The notes: generated by a model not told the origin, from the sequence alone. A stretch of DNA of 64,000 bases from Vulcanimicrobiota bacterium (GCA_963733295.1 CAVTCS010000003.1:1152001-1216000), one strand, 5' to 3'. Positions 38,522 through 48,731 are shown, numbered from the stretch's first letter. Numbers and translations are program-made.

Positions 38522-38542
38522 GCTAGTGTCTCGACACCTCTG

Positions 38543-38761
38543 TTACTTGATGCCCTCTTTCATTCGCCGGTACGGGATCTTGCCGAGCGCGACCTCGTCG
38601 AACGCCGTCGAGACGGGCTTGTTCGGATTCGCGTTCTCCGAGAGAGCCGGCGCGCCGTTGTTGAGTTGTTTTGCTCGCTTGGTTACTACGTTGACCAGGG
38701 TGAACTTGGAGTCGACGTGCTCGAGTAGGCCGTCGAGATCTCCGAAAACTGAATCGCTCAT
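38543..38761 (-). CDS. rpoZ: RNA polymerase omega subunit
   Basis: SKFTLVNVVTKRAKQL, KPVSTAFDEV; immediately after gmk. Confidence 0.9.
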   Translation of the reverse strand: MSDSVFGDLDGLLEHVDSKFTLVNVVTKRAKQLNNGAPALSENANPNKPVSTAFDEVALGKIPYRRMKEGIK

Positions 38762-39390
38762 AATTCTACCAAATTCCTAAAGTCGTCGTCTTTGTAGTGA
38801 TGGATGCGCAAGCGTTCCGCACGAACGACCGCTTCGAGATCCTCGACGGCCGGGAGGGCGTCGCGGCGCTCGGGCGGAGCCTGCGCGTTGATGATGACGT
38901 AGTCGAAGTTACGAATCGCTTGGAGCTCGACGTGCGCGATTGCGAGCCTTGAGGCGATCTCTTCAGCGCTTTCCGTCCGCCGTTCGGTCAGCCGCACTTG
39001 AAGATATGAGAACCGGTCAGGTAAGAGGAAGACGAGCACCGCCCCCGGGAACGCACGCTTGATCGCGAGGGCCCCGGTGACTTCGGGCTTGAGGATGACG
39101 TCGTATCCCTCGGCCATCGTCCTCTCGACGAACGAGCGCGGCGTCCCGTAAAGGTTTCCGTTGTACTCCTTGATCTCGAGAAATTCGCCCAGTTCGACCT
39201 TGCGCTCGAAACTGGATTGGTCGAGGAAGAAATACGCCTCGCCCTCTCGCTCTTCGTTTCGCGGTGGCCTGGTGGTCGCCGATACGGAGTACCGCATCTG
39301 CGGCATGCGTTTACGGAGCCCCTCGACGACCGTATCTTTGCCGGCCCCCGATGGTCCCGACACGACGAATAGCAGCCCCGGCCCTTGCAT
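38758..39390 (-). CDS. gmk: Guanylate kinase
   Basis: SGPSGAGKDT, SVSATTRPPR.E.EG..YFF, YGTP. Confidence 0.95.
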   Translation of the reverse strand: MQGPGLLFVVSGPSGAGKDTVVEGLRKRMPQMRYSVSATTRPPRNEEREGEAYFFLDQSSFERKVELGEFLEIKEYNGNLYGTPRSFVERTMAEGYDVILKPEVTGALAIKRAFPGAVLVFLLPDRFSYLQVRLTERRTESAEEIASRLAIAHVELQAIRNFDYVIINAQAPPERRDALPAVEDLEAVVRAERLRIHHYKDDDFRNLVEL

Positions 39391-39433
39391 GTTCTCCCGG
39401 CGGAGGACGGCCAGATCGGCCGAAGCTACAGCG

Positions 39434-39460
39434 TTCGTGGGCCCCTAAAGTGCGGCCTGC
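39434..39460 (-). promoter_or_regulatory. Putative SigH-like promoter GCAGG-N18-CGAA for the gmk operon
   Basis: Minus strand reads GCAGG ccgcactttaggggccca CGAA in the divergent gmk/rqcH gap. Confidence 0.55.
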
Positions 39461-39511
39461 CCTGGCTTGGAAGGCCGCCTCGGAGGCCGCCGTGGGGAAG
39501 CTCGCACCGCC

Positions 39512-41227
39512 GTGCTAACCGACTGGGTGATTTACGCGCGCATCGCGGCCGAACTCGATGCGAAGCTCGGCCGGGCGCGAATCCTCGCTGCCGGCCTTCT
39601 TCCCGACGGGCGGGTAGGCTTGCGGACACCCCGCGGGACGCTGGCGATCGACTTTGCGGGATCCACGCCCTACCTCGCGCTGGAATCCGAGGGGACTCTG
39701 AGCGCGGAGCCGGGTTGGTCGCGCGCCTTCGCCGACACGCTCGTAGGCCTGCAAATTCGAGCGGTGCGGCCCCGTCCGGGCGACCGGCTGATCGCGCTCG
39801 AGTGTTCGGCAACCTCGCGTTTCGGTGTGGCGAGCTCCTACCGGCTCGTCGTCGAGCTCGTCCCGCGATTTGGAAACGTCTTGCTCTTGAAAGACGACAC
39901 CGTGGTCACGTCGGCACGCGAGTTCCGGGCCGGCGGGACGACCCGGCGAACGATCGCACGAGGCGAGCCCTACGAACCGCCGCCGCTGCCCCAGTCGTCG
40001 CAGGCCCCCGAGCGGCTGATCGAGACACTGGGCGAGTTCGCGGCGGGCGACCGCACGCCGCCCGTTCTGGAGCGCGTCGCGGCCGCGCTGCGGGGAATCG
40101 AACCGGCACTGCCGCGCCTGCTAGCCGACTCGATCGTGAGCGAAGCGAGCGCGAAGCACGCGCCGGCCGAGGTCCTGGCTCGCGAACTCTCGGCAGACGG
40201 CCGGCGCCTTCTGGGCGAACTCGAGGCACCCGCGAAAATGACGGAGCCCGTCTTTGCCTATTTCGATGCCCGCGACAAGCTGGTTGCGGCGCACCTCTTT
40301 CGGCTGCATCAATTCGCAGCGACGCTGCGCGAATCGCGCGAACCGGAGCTGTTGCCGCTGCTCGCGGCGGCGCTCGGCGCAGTCCGGGCCGGCGGCGCGA
40401 AGGAAGCGCTGCGCGCGCGACGCGCGGCCCTCGCCGCCCGTATCGATAAGCGCCTTGCCGCCGTCGACGTGGAACGCCGCGCGCTCGAACGGCAACGCGA
40501 TGCGTTCGAGCAACGCGAAACGTTGCGCCTGAGCGGCGATTTACTCTACGCGCATCTTGCGGAGGTGCCCGCCGGCGCCGAGCTGTTCGTTCCGCCAAGC
40601 GCTCCCGAAGTGAGCATCGAGCTCGATCCGGACCTGGACGCAAAAGGAAACGCGCAAGCCATCTTTCGCCGCTACAAGAAGGCAACCGCACGCGCCGGTC
40701 ACGCCGCCTCGCGCCTCGACGAGCTGGAGCGCATCGCCGAGTCATGCGCTTCGCTCGCCTGGGAAACGCAACGAGCGGATGCCGATGCGATCGATGAAAT
40801 CGCCGAGGAGTTCGCGCGCCTGGAGCATCCCAAGGCGCGACGCGTACCGCACCGGAAAGCGCGGCCGGCGCTCGAGTTCGCACTCCAGAGCGGGGCGCGC
40901 ATCTCGGTCGGACGCTCGCCTCGCAACAACGCCGACCTCACATTCCGCGTCGCGCGGCCCGGCGACCTCTGGTTTCACGCTCGCGCCACGCCCGGCGCTC
41001 ACGTGATCCTGCACTTGGACAGCGAACGCGAAGCGCTCGAGCCGGAACTCATCGCTGCCGCGCAACTCGCGGCGTACCATAGCAAAGCGCGCCTTTCCCA
41101 AAAGGTTCCCGTCGACTACACGCAACGCAAATACGTGCGGCGCCGCAGCGGTGGCGCTCCAGGACTCGTGTGGTATAGCAACGCGAAAACAATCGTCGTC
41201 GCACCGAAGGACGGCGCCGCCCCATAA
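39512..41227 (+). CDS. rqcH: RqcH/Rqc2 (NFACT family) ribosome quality-control protein
   Basis: DRLIALE, ELVPRFGNVLL, IELDP...NAQAIFRRYKK, VGRSPRNN, DLWFHA..PGAHV, AAQLAAYHS, VDYT. Confidence 0.88.
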   Translation: MLTDWVIYARIAAELDAKLGRARILAAGLLPDGRVGLRTPRGTLAIDFAGSTPYLALESEGTLSAEPGWSRAFADTLVGLQIRAVRPRPGDRLIALECSATSRFGVASSYRLVVELVPRFGNVLLLKDDTVVTSAREFRAGGTTRRTIARGEPYEPPPLPQSSQAPERLIETLGEFAAGDRTPPVLERVAAALRGIEPALPRLLADSIVSEASAKHAPAEVLARELSADGRRLLGELEAPAKMTEPVFAYFDARDKLVAAHLFRLHQFAATLRESREPELLPLLAAALGAVRAGGAKEALRARRAALAARIDKRLAAVDVERRALERQRDAFEQRETLRLSGDLLYAHLAEVPAGAELFVPPSAPEVSIELDPDLDAKGNAQAIFRRYKKATARAGHAASRLDELERIAESCASLAWETQRADADAIDEIAEEFARLEHPKARRVPHRKARPALEFALQSGARISVGRSPRNNADLTFRVARPGDLWFHARATPGAHVILHLDSEREALEPELIAAAQLAAYHSKARLSQKVPVDYTQRKYVRRRSGGAPGLVWYSNAKTIVVAPKDGAAP

Positions 41228-41242
41228 GCAACAACACCGGCA

Positions 41243-42622
41243 ATGGCCTCATCCTCAGCGCGCTCGTTGCCGCTCGACGAGTCGCGCCCGATCTGGCGCC
41301 TGCTGCTCGCTTTCCTGATCCCGCTCATGTTGAGCAACCTGCTGCAGTCGCTGGGCGCGACGGCCAATGCGATCTACGTCGGGAGGCTCGTCGGCGTCGA
41401 TGCCCTGGCTGCAGTCTCGTCGATCTTTCCGGTGGTCTTCTTCTTGATCTCGTTCTTAATCGGACTCGCTAGCGGCAGTACGGTCCTGATCGGTCAAGCC
41501 TTCGGTGCTCGCGAGAGCGGCAAATTGAAGGAAGTCGCGGGCACGACGATCGCTTTGACGATCGTTTTGGGAACCATCGTCGGCACGCTCGGCGGAGTGT
41601 TCTCACGCGAACTCTTGATGCTGATGGGCACGCCGGCGAACATCCTCGACACAGCTGCCGGCTACTCGCGCATCACGTTCTTCTCGGTCCCTATTCTGTT
41701 TCTCTATCTCATTTATACGACGTTCTTACGGGGCGTCGGCGATACGCGGTCGCCTTTCTACGCGCTCATCGGCAGCACCGCGCTGACGCTGCTGATTACG
41801 CCTGCCTTGATTCTCGGCTGGGCCGGTTTACCGAGGCTCGGTACGAACGGCGCCGCGGTCGCCAACGTGATAGCGACGGCCTGCGGCATGGCAGGGTTGC
41901 TCGTCTACCTGGCACGACGCAAGAGCCCGGTCGCTTTGGACCGCGAGATCCTCGCAAACGTGCGCCTTCGGCCCGCGATCGTTTGGAAGATCGTGCGCAT
42001 CGGCATCCCGACGGGAATCAACCTCGTCATGATCTCGCTGTCAGAAATCGCCGTCATCTCGTTCGTAAACCGCTTCGGATCCACGGCCACGGCGGCGTAC
42101 GGCGCGGTGAATCAAGTCGCGAGCTACGTGCAATTCCCAGCGGTCAGTATCGGGATCTCGGCGGCGGTCTTCGGCGCGCAATCGATCGGCGCCGGCCGCC
42201 TCGACCGGATCCCGAAAATCGTGCGCTCCGCCGTCATCCTCAACTACGTCATCGAAGGCACCCTCGTGGTGCTCGGTTACGCTTTCAGTTACGACCTGAT
42301 AGCGCTCTTCATCAAAGATCCGGCGACCGTCGCCGTCGCGCACGGTCTTCTCATGATCACGCTCTGGAGTTATGCGATCTTCGGCAACTCCCGCGTGCTC
42401 TCGGGCATCATGCTTTCCAGCGGGACCGTCGTTTGGCCGACGCTGTTGTCGGTAATCTCGATTTGGGGGGTCGAGGTTCCCGTCGCTTACGTCTTGATGC
42501 ACCGCTGGGGTTTAAACGGCGTGTGGTACGGATACCCGGCCGCGTTTATCGCGGGCCTCGCCATGCAGTTTACGTACTATAACTTCTTCTGGCGCAAGCG
42601 CCGCAGGGAACGGCTCATTTAA
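41243..42622 (+). CDS. MATE-family efflux transporter
   Basis: IPLMLSNLLQ, ALAAV, GQAFGA, LRGVGDTRSP, GAAVA, IGIP; about 12 TM segments. Confidence 0.9.
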   Translation: MASSSARSLPLDESRPIWRLLLAFLIPLMLSNLLQSLGATANAIYVGRLVGVDALAAVSSIFPVVFFLISFLIGLASGSTVLIGQAFGARESGKLKEVAGTTIALTIVLGTIVGTLGGVFSRELLMLMGTPANILDTAAGYSRITFFSVPILFLYLIYTTFLRGVGDTRSPFYALIGSTALTLLITPALILGWAGLPRLGTNGAAVANVIATACGMAGLLVYLARRKSPVALDREILANVRLRPAIVWKIVRIGIPTGINLVMISLSEIAVISFVNRFGSTATAAYGAVNQVASYVQFPAVSIGISAAVFGAQSIGAGRLDRIPKIVRSAVILNYVIEGTLVVLGYAFSYDLIALFIKDPATVAVAHGLLMITLWSYAIFGNSRVLSGIMLSSGTVVWPTLLSVISIWGVEVPVAYVLMHRWGLNGVWYGYPAAFIAGLAMQFTYYNFFWRKRRRERLI

Positions 42623-42649
42623 GATCTCGAGCGTGCCGTGCCGGGCGCG

Positions 42650-43369
42650 CTACGGGACCATTATCTTGAGTTTTTCCGTTTCTACGACGACGACGTGCGA
42701 GGTGCGCATGTCGATCAAGCGCTCGTCCCAAAAGCGGTTCAAGGTCCGGTTGACGGTCTCGCGCGTCGTCCCGATCATGTTCGCCATCTCTTGATTCGTC
42801 AGGCGCAACGTGATGCGCGTTCCGTTGGGAACCGGCTCGCCGAAGTTCTGCATCAAGTGCAGTAAGAGCGAAGCCAAGCGTGAACGGATATCTTGCGAGG
42901 TCGTGGCCGCGATGAGCCGATTGGCCGCGCGTAAGCGGTCCGACAGCGCGATGACCAAGAGCCGGCCGATGCGCGGACTCCGGTCGAGCAGCGCAAGAAA
43001 ATCCTCGCGTTCGATGACACCGACCTCGACTTCGGTAAGGGTGCGAACGCTCGCCGCCCGGACCGACGTGTCGAAGATGCTCATCTCGCCGAAAAAATCG
43101 CGTTCCTTAAGGATGGACAGGATCGTTTCGCGGCCGTCGGGCGCGATTCGCACGACCGCCACGGAGCCGGCGAGAATCAGATAAAACGTCTGACCCGGGT
43201 CGCCTTCGCGGAAAATCGTCGCGTGTTTGGGGAAACGACGGGTTGCGATCAGCTGGGCAACTTCGAGGAGTTCGGTCTGATCGAACTCGCGAAACAGTGG
43301 AACGCTTCGCAGGGTCTCTAACCGGACGCTGCTTTGGGGTTCTTCACTTTTGCGGTTCGGTGTGATCAT
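42650..43369 (-). CDS. crp: Crp-type cAMP-binding transcriptional regulator
   Basis: IFREGD, FFGEMS...RAASV cyclic-nucleotide pocket; HTH LTNQEMANMIGTTRETVNR. Start uncertain (43369 or 43402). Confidence 0.88.
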   Translation of the reverse strand: MITPNRKSEEPQSSVRLETLRSVPLFREFDQTELLEVAQLIATRRFPKHATIFREGDPGQTFYLILAGSVAVVRIAPDGRETILSILKERDFFGEMSIFDTSVRAASVRTLTEVEVGVIEREDFLALLDRSPRIGRLLVIALSDRLRAANRLIAATTSQDIRSRLASLLLHLMQNFGEPVPNGTRITLRLTNQEMANMIGTTRETVNRTLNRFWDERLIDMRTSHVVVVETEKLKIMVP

Positions 43370-43422
43370 ACTCAGCGTTATCGGCAGGTCGTCACAGAAC
43401 ATCAGTGACGGCTCTAGTGCAA

Positions 43423-43438
43423 TGTGACTTACGTCGCG
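43423..43438. promoter_or_regulatory. CRP-like site TGTGA-N6-TCGCG between divergent crp and recQ
   Basis: aaTGTGActtacgTCGCGat compared with consensus TGTGA-N6-TCACA (8/10). Confidence 0.45.
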
Positions 43439-43505
43439 ATTGGAGAGTATGGGCGCTCCAGCCACGTGCATGTTTCCCGGACCAGGCCCCGAAGCCCCTC
43501 GACGC

Positions 43506-45326
43506 GTGACGCTGTTCGATGCGGATCCGAGGCTGGCGCTTAAGGCATACTTCGGCTTCGAGGCATTTCGTCCGCTTCAAGAAGAGATCGTCGCCGACGT
43601 GCTCGCCGGGCGGGACGCTTTCGCGCTGCTGCCCACGGGTGGAGGAAAGTCGCTCTGCTACCAGCTGCCCGCGGTGATGCGGCCGGGTCTGTCGCTGGTC
43701 GTTTCGCCGCTGATCGCTCTGATGAAGGACCAGGTCGACGCCCTGGGCACCGCCGGGATTCCCGCGACCTACTTGAGTTCCTCGCTCGAGCCCGAGGAGC
43801 TGCGGCGGCGTTCGCGACGCCTCCGGGCGGGCGACTATCGCTTGCTTTATCTCGCTCCCGAACGCCTCACACTGCCCCACCTGATGCAGGAGCTGGCAAG
43901 CTGGAACGTCGCTCGAATCGCCGTCGACGAGGCGCACTGCATCAGTGAGTGGGGTCACGACTTTCGACCCGATTACCGCCGCTTGGCCGAGCTACGAGGC
44001 AGCTTAGGAAACGTTCCCGTTCTCGCGCTGACTGCCACCGCGACCGCTCGCGTTAGACGCGATATCGTCGACCTTCTCGAGCTCCGCAATCCGCGCTGTT
44101 ACGTGGCGGGCTTCGATAGGCCAAATCTGCTCTATCGCGTCGTTCCCAAAGAGGACGCCTACCGTCGACTCGTGAGCTTCGTTCGCGAGCGCGCCCGTGA
44201 GAGTGGAATCGTCTACGTCGCAAGCCGCCGTCAAGCCGAAGCCCTGGCCGGCAGACTGCGCGACGACGGGATCGCTGCGGCACCGTACCATGCCGGCCTC
44301 GAACCGCGCGAACGCACCCGCAATCAAGACCAGTTCCTGCGCGACGACGTGCGCGTCATCTGCGCCACGATCGCATTCGGCATGGGGATCGACAAGCCCA
44401 ACGTGCGCTACGTCGTTCACTACGATCTACCGAAGAACATCGAAGGTTACTATCAGGAAACCGGGCGCGCCGGTCGCGACGGTCTCGCGGCGGAGTGCGT
44501 GCTCTTCTTCAGCGGCGGGGATGTGGCCAAACAGCTCGGCTTCATCGAAGAAAAGGAAGACGAACGCGAACGCCGTTTGGCCCTCGAACAGCTGCGCCGT
44601 CTGATCGATTACGCCGATGGCACCGCGTGCAGGCGCATCGCGCTGCTCGGGTATTTCGGCGAGACGACATCGGGAAGCTGCGGAAACTGCGATAACTGTT
44701 TGTCCCCGCGGGAGCAGTTCGACGGAACCGTGCTCGCTCAAAAGTTCATGGCTTGCGTCGTGCGCGTGCGCCAGGCGAGCGGTTTCGCCGTCGGCTTGCA
44801 TCACATCGTCGACATCTTACTCGGTCGCGAAACCGAGAAGGTGCGCAGCTGGGGACACGACCGGCTTTCGACTTACGCTCTCGGCGCGGGTCTGCCGCGC
44901 GCACAGTGGCTCTCGGTCGGGCGGGAATTGGTGCGGTTCGGGTTCCTGCGGCAAACGCCCGGCTTGCGCAGCACGCTGGAACTCACCAAAGCGGGGATCG
45001 CTGCGCTCAGCGGACGCACGACCGTCATGCTCTCCTCGGCGCCGGCCGCATTGCCCCGTTCCTCGAGCGGGATCGCCGGTGCGGACGAGCAGCTTTTCGA
45101 AGCGCTTCGCGCGCTCCGCAAGAAACTCGCCGACGAACGCGACGTCCCGGCGTACGTGATTTTCTCCGACGCGACGCTCCGCGCGATGAGTGCAACCCGG
45201 CCCGCCGATCGACGCGCGATGCGTGCCGTTCCGGGTGTCGGCGAGAAAAAGCTGGCCGACTTCGGCGAGATATTTCTGGCCGAGATCGCGGCCGCTCTCA
45301 GGGAGACCGAAGCCGCCGCGCCGTAG
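43506..45326 (+). CDS. recQ: ATP-dependent DNA helicase RecQ (with RQC and HRDC domains)
   Basis: PTGGGKSLCYQLP, DEAHCISEWGHDFRP, TATA, FGMGIDK, QETGRAGRDG, CGNCDNC, HRDC VPAYVIFSDATL. Confidence 0.95.
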   Translation: MTLFDADPRLALKAYFGFEAFRPLQEEIVADVLAGRDAFALLPTGGGKSLCYQLPAVMRPGLSLVVSPLIALMKDQVDALGTAGIPATYLSSSLEPEELRRRSRRLRAGDYRLLYLAPERLTLPHLMQELASWNVARIAVDEAHCISEWGHDFRPDYRRLAELRGSLGNVPVLALTATATARVRRDIVDLLELRNPRCYVAGFDRPNLLYRVVPKEDAYRRLVSFVRERARESGIVYVASRRQAEALAGRLRDDGIAAAPYHAGLEPRERTRNQDQFLRDDVRVICATIAFGMGIDKPNVRYVVHYDLPKNIEGYYQETGRAGRDGLAAECVLFFSGGDVAKQLGFIEEKEDERERRLALEQLRRLIDYADGTACRRIALLGYFGETTSGSCGNCDNCLSPREQFDGTVLAQKFMACVVRVRQASGFAVGLHHIVDILLGRETEKVRSWGHDRLSTYALGAGLPRAQWLSVGRELVRFGFLRQTPGLRSTLELTKAGIAALSGRTTVMLSSAPAALPRSSSGIAGADEQLFEALRALRKKLADERDVPAYVIFSDATLRAMSATRPADRRAMRAVPGVGEKKLADFGEIFLAEIAAALRETEAAAP

Positions 45327-45335
45327 CGGTCGGCG

Positions 45336-46127
45336 ATGGACACCTACCGCGCATCCGACGGCGCCCCCCTTGCGTACGAGGAACGCGGTCCAGCCGACGG
45401 GATTCCGCTGCTCTTCCTGCACGGCTGGCGCGCCGACCACACCATCTGGAATCCGCTCATCGAGGCGCTCGCCGAGCATCATCGCACGATCGCCGTTGAC
45501 CTGCGTGGTTCCGGCGCGTCGCAGCGGGCTCCGGGTCCTTATACGATCGAAGCTTTCTCCAACGACCTCGCCGATCTCATCCAGGCCGTCGACTTGGATC
45601 CGGTCGTCACCGTTTCGCACTCCATGGGAGGCGCGCTCGCGCAGCGCTTCGCAATCGACTACCCCGAGGCCGTGGAAGGTCAAGTCCTGATCGCGCCCGT
45701 TCCGGCATCCGGGCCGCATTTCAAGCCCTCACTCGAAGCTTTCTTGCGCAGCACCGTGGGCGACCCCGAGAAGACGGCGATCTGGCTCGAGCGTCTTACG
45801 TACGGCGAACCCGATCTCGAAACGCGTGCGATGCTCGCCTCCGCGGCCGGTTCCGTCCCACCTGAAGTCGCCGTGCCGATGCTGGAGGCTTGGCTGCGAC
45901 TCGATTTCGCCGGCGATGCCGCAACGATCGAAACGCCGACCCTCGTCATCGTGCCCGAGCACGATCCGCCGATGACGCCTTCGTTCATCCGCGAGCACGT
46001 GGTCGACGTCATCGCCGGAAGCCGCCTCGAGATCGTCGCCGGCGCAGGACATTACGTTCCCGTCGAGCGCGCCGGAGAGCTCGCAGCCCTTATCGAGCGC
46101 TTTCTCGACGAATTGGCGGTGATATGA
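45336..46127 (+). CDS. Alpha/beta hydrolase
   Basis: LFLHGW, DLRGSGAS, SHSMGG nucleophile elbow, AGH. Confidence 0.88.
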   Translation: MDTYRASDGAPLAYEERGPADGIPLLFLHGWRADHTIWNPLIEALAEHHRTIAVDLRGSGASQRAPGPYTIEAFSNDLADLIQAVDLDPVVTVSHSMGGALAQRFAIDYPEAVEGQVLIAPVPASGPHFKPSLEAFLRSTVGDPEKTAIWLERLTYGEPDLETRAMLASAAGSVPPEVAVPMLEAWLRLDFAGDAATIETPTLVIVPEHDPPMTPSFIREHVVDVIAGSRLEIVAGAGHYVPVERAGELAALIERFLDELAVI

Positions 46128-46642
46128 ACGGCAATCCAACCGGACAACCGTTCTTATTCACGCTCGCGCTCGTCGCGATCGTCGTCGTACGTTTCTTGCT
46201 TCGCGAGCTCCGCGTGCGAAGGATGGCGACAAACCGCCTTTTTGTACTCCCCGCCATCTTCGCACTCTTGGTCGTCTTTTTCTTCGTGCTGACGCTCCAG
46301 CAAGATCCCTCTCAAGCCTTCGCGCTGACGGTCGGTTCGCTCGCGGCGGTCGTCGCCGGCGGCGCTATCGGCCTCGCGGTCGCACGCTTCACGAGCGTGA
46401 AAGTTGCATCCGAGCGCGGGGTCGTCTTCGTCCGCGGCTCGGCGGCGACCGTCGCGATCTGGATCGGCGCGCTTCTGCTCCGCCTCGTGCCGCGCTTCAT
46501 TCTCATGACGTCGCAGCACACTCCCGGCACCACGCTCATGCTCAACGCGGTCTTGCTGGTGATGCTAACCGTCGCGATCTTTACGGTGCGTTTCCAGATC
46601 CTCCGCCGGGCAAACCTAGAACCGGTCGGCCAGAGCGCCTAA
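46124..46642 (+). CDS. Membrane protein, CcdC/DUF1453-like
   Basis: ATGA overlap; RELRVR...LFVLP; about 5 TM segments; W...LLLR. Confidence 0.6.
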   Translation: MNGNPTGQPFLFTLALVAIVVVRFLLRELRVRRMATNRLFVLPAIFALLVVFFFVLTLQQDPSQAFALTVGSLAAVVAGGAIGLAVARFTSVKVASERGVVFVRGSAATVAIWIGALLLRLVPRFILMTSQHTPGTTLMLNAVLLVMLTVAIFTVRFQILRRANLEPVGQSA

Positions 46643-47791
46643 GTCTCGCGCGCTCGAAGCGGCTGCAAAGATGTCGATGAACGGCATCGCCGCCTGCATC
46701 CCGCGCGCGCTTGGCGCGTAGCCGGGGCTTCCTGCGTGGGGATTGAGCCACACGATTCCCGCCGAGCGCCGGCTGATTTCGCGCAGCGCGCGACGCAGCG
46801 CGCCGATCTCGTCGACGTCGAGCCCGTCGCTGAAGATCAGGACGAACGTCTCTTTGGTGAGCAGCCGCGCGCCGTCGCGCCGCAAGAATTCTTGCAAGCA
46901 GGCACCGATGCGAGTACCACCTCCCCACGCGTCGCGCAGATCCGCCGCTCGCAGCGTTGCGTGACCAGGCCGGCGAAACTCCCGGCTGACGTCGCGCAAT
47001 CCGGTGCTGAACACGAAGGTTGCGCAGCGCCGAGTGCTTCGGTTGAGAGCGCGCGCGAACTCGAGCATCGGCGCCACGGAATCGGTCATCGAGCCGCTTC
47101 CGTCGATGAGCACGACGAAGCGCGGGTTGCGCTGCGGATGACCGAGCCGGTGCAAGACGAGCGGATCGCCGGCGGTTCGAACGCTGCCGCGCAAGGTTCT
47201 GCGTGCGTCAAAGCGCGCCCCAGCCTTTTGCGGCGCCCAACGGCGCGAACGGCCGCGTCGAATTCGGGTGACGAGCCGGCGGGCGGCTTCGAGCATCCGC
47301 TCTACCCCCTCGGGCGAAATATCAGGCGCTCGGGCAGCTGCGGGGGCCGCACTGTAACGCTGCCGTAACGCGAATCGGTTGCCGGCCGTCGTGTCGACAT
47401 CTTCCACCGGGCGTCGCTCGCGCGGCGCCGCCGAGCCCTGCTCTTGATCTTCGGGGGCGGCCTCCCTCGGTTCGGCGCGCTGCGCCGTACCCGGAGCCGG
47501 ACCCGGCGGATCGGGCCGCGTGTGGCGCTCCGCGCGGCGCGGCTGTGCGAGCCCGCGACTCGTCCGGAAGAACGCATCGAAGGCTCGCTCGAACGATTCG
47601 AACTCTTCCACCTTTCCGCAGAAAACCGCGCGAAAGGCACGGCGCACTCGCTCCGAGTCGGAAACGCCCACCGTCTCGAGCGCCCGCAGGGCATCGCGCG
47701 CATGCTCGTGACCGACGCTTAAGCCGTACACTGCGCGGAGCGACGTAGCAAACGCCGTAACGTTCGAACCGAGCGTCGCCGGTGAGCTCAT
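46616..47791 (-). CDS. coxE: CoxE-like VWA-domain protein
   Basis: DARRTLR, DGSGSM (MIDAS), FVFST, WGGGTRIG, SDGLD, WLNP. Confidence 0.88.
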   Translation of the reverse strand: MSSPATLGSNVTAFATSLRAVYGLSVGHEHARDALRALETVGVSDSERVRRAFRAVFCGKVEEFESFERAFDAFFRTSRGLAQPRRAERHTRPDPPGPAPGTAQRAEPREAAPEDQEQGSAAPRERRPVEDVDTTAGNRFALRQRYSAAPAAARAPDISPEGVERMLEAARRLVTRIRRGRSRRWAPQKAGARFDARRTLRGSVRTAGDPLVLHRLGHPQRNPRFVVLIDGSGSMTDSVAPMLEFARALNRSTRRCATFVFSTGLRDVSREFRRPGHATLRAADLRDAWGGGTRIGACLQEFLRRDGARLLTKETFVLIFSDGLDVDEIGALRRALREISRRSAGIVWLNPHAGSPGYAPSARGMQAAMPFIDIFAAASSARDLGALADRF

Positions 47792-47792
47792 C

Positions 47793-48731
47793 TCAGCCGC
47801 GGCGCGCCTCTACCGAGCCGAGCCCAAAGTCGCCTTCCGGCGCGGGAGGCGCGGCGTTCGCATCGTGGTTCAAGAGCGGCAAATAGCGCGCACGCTGAGC
47901 GCGCAAAAGCTCCCAATCTTCTTGGACCTTGAGCACGCAGCCTAAGGTGCGATCGAGGGTCGTCTCGTCGAGCGCGTCGTGGTGCAGGCGCGTCAACGCC
48001 AGAGCCCAATCCAGGCTCTCCGCGACGCCCGGAACCTTCGAGAACGGCTGCTCGCGCAAAAACTCGACGAAGCGCGCGATCTGTCGCGCGAGACGTCCGT
48101 CGATTCCCGGCAGACGCCGTTCGAGTATCGCCACCTCTTCAGCGAAGCTTGGATATCCGAGCCAGAGATAAAGGCAGCGCCGCCGGAGCGCGTCCGAAAG
48201 GTCGCGGGAGCGATTCGAGGTCAGGATCACCGCCGGACGCTGCCGTGCACGGATCGTCCCGAGCTCCGGAATCGTCACCTGGAATTCACCCAGAATCTCG
48301 AGCAGAAAGGCTTCGAAGGCCTCATCCGCACGATCCACTTCGTCGACGAGCAGCACCGGCGCGCGCTCTTGCGTGATCGCTTCCAGCAACGGCCGCCGCA
48401 ACAGAAACGGTTCGCTGAAGATCTCGGCCTCGCGCGCTTCGGTCGAACTTCCGTCGTTCTCAGTCAGACGAATGCGCAAGAGTTGCTTCGGGTAGTTCCA
48501 CTCGTAGAGCGCGTTTTGGGCATCGAGTCCTTCGTAGCACTGCAGGCGGATCAGTTTGGTCTGCAGGACGTCGGCTAAGACTTTCGCGCTCTCGGTCTTT
48601 CCGACGCCGGCCGGCCCTTCGATGAGCAGAGGTTTCTCGAGCGCGAGCACGAGCTCCAGCGCCGTCGTGAAGTCATCGTTTGCGACGTAGCCGCGCTGCG
48701 CGAATTGCTCGCGCAGCTCATCGGCGGTCAT
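47793..48731 (-). CDS. coxD: CoxD-like MoxR AAA+ ATPase
   Basis: EGPAGVGKTE, RLQCYEGLD, YEWNY.KQLL, DEVDRAD, FQVTIPELG, LSDALRRRC. Confidence 0.92.
   Translation of the reverse strand: MTADELREQFAQRGYVANDDFTTALELVLALEKPLLIEGPAGVGKTESAKVLADVLQTKLIRLQCYEGLDAQNALYEWNYPKQLLRIRLTENDGSSTEAREAEIFSEPFLLRRPLLEAITQERAPVLLVDEVDRADEAFEAFLLEILGEFQVTIPELGTIRARQRPAVILTSNRSRDLSDALRRRCLYLWLGYPSFAEEVAILERRLPGIDGRLARQIARFVEFLREQPFSKVPGVAESLDWALALTRLHHDALDETTLDRTLGCVLKVQEDWELLRAQRARYLPLLNHDANAAPPAPEGDFGLGSVEARRG

Noticed and set aside
38522..38542. glmS ribozyme
   Set aside because: Only about 21 nt separate rpoZ and glmS, too short for the RNA.
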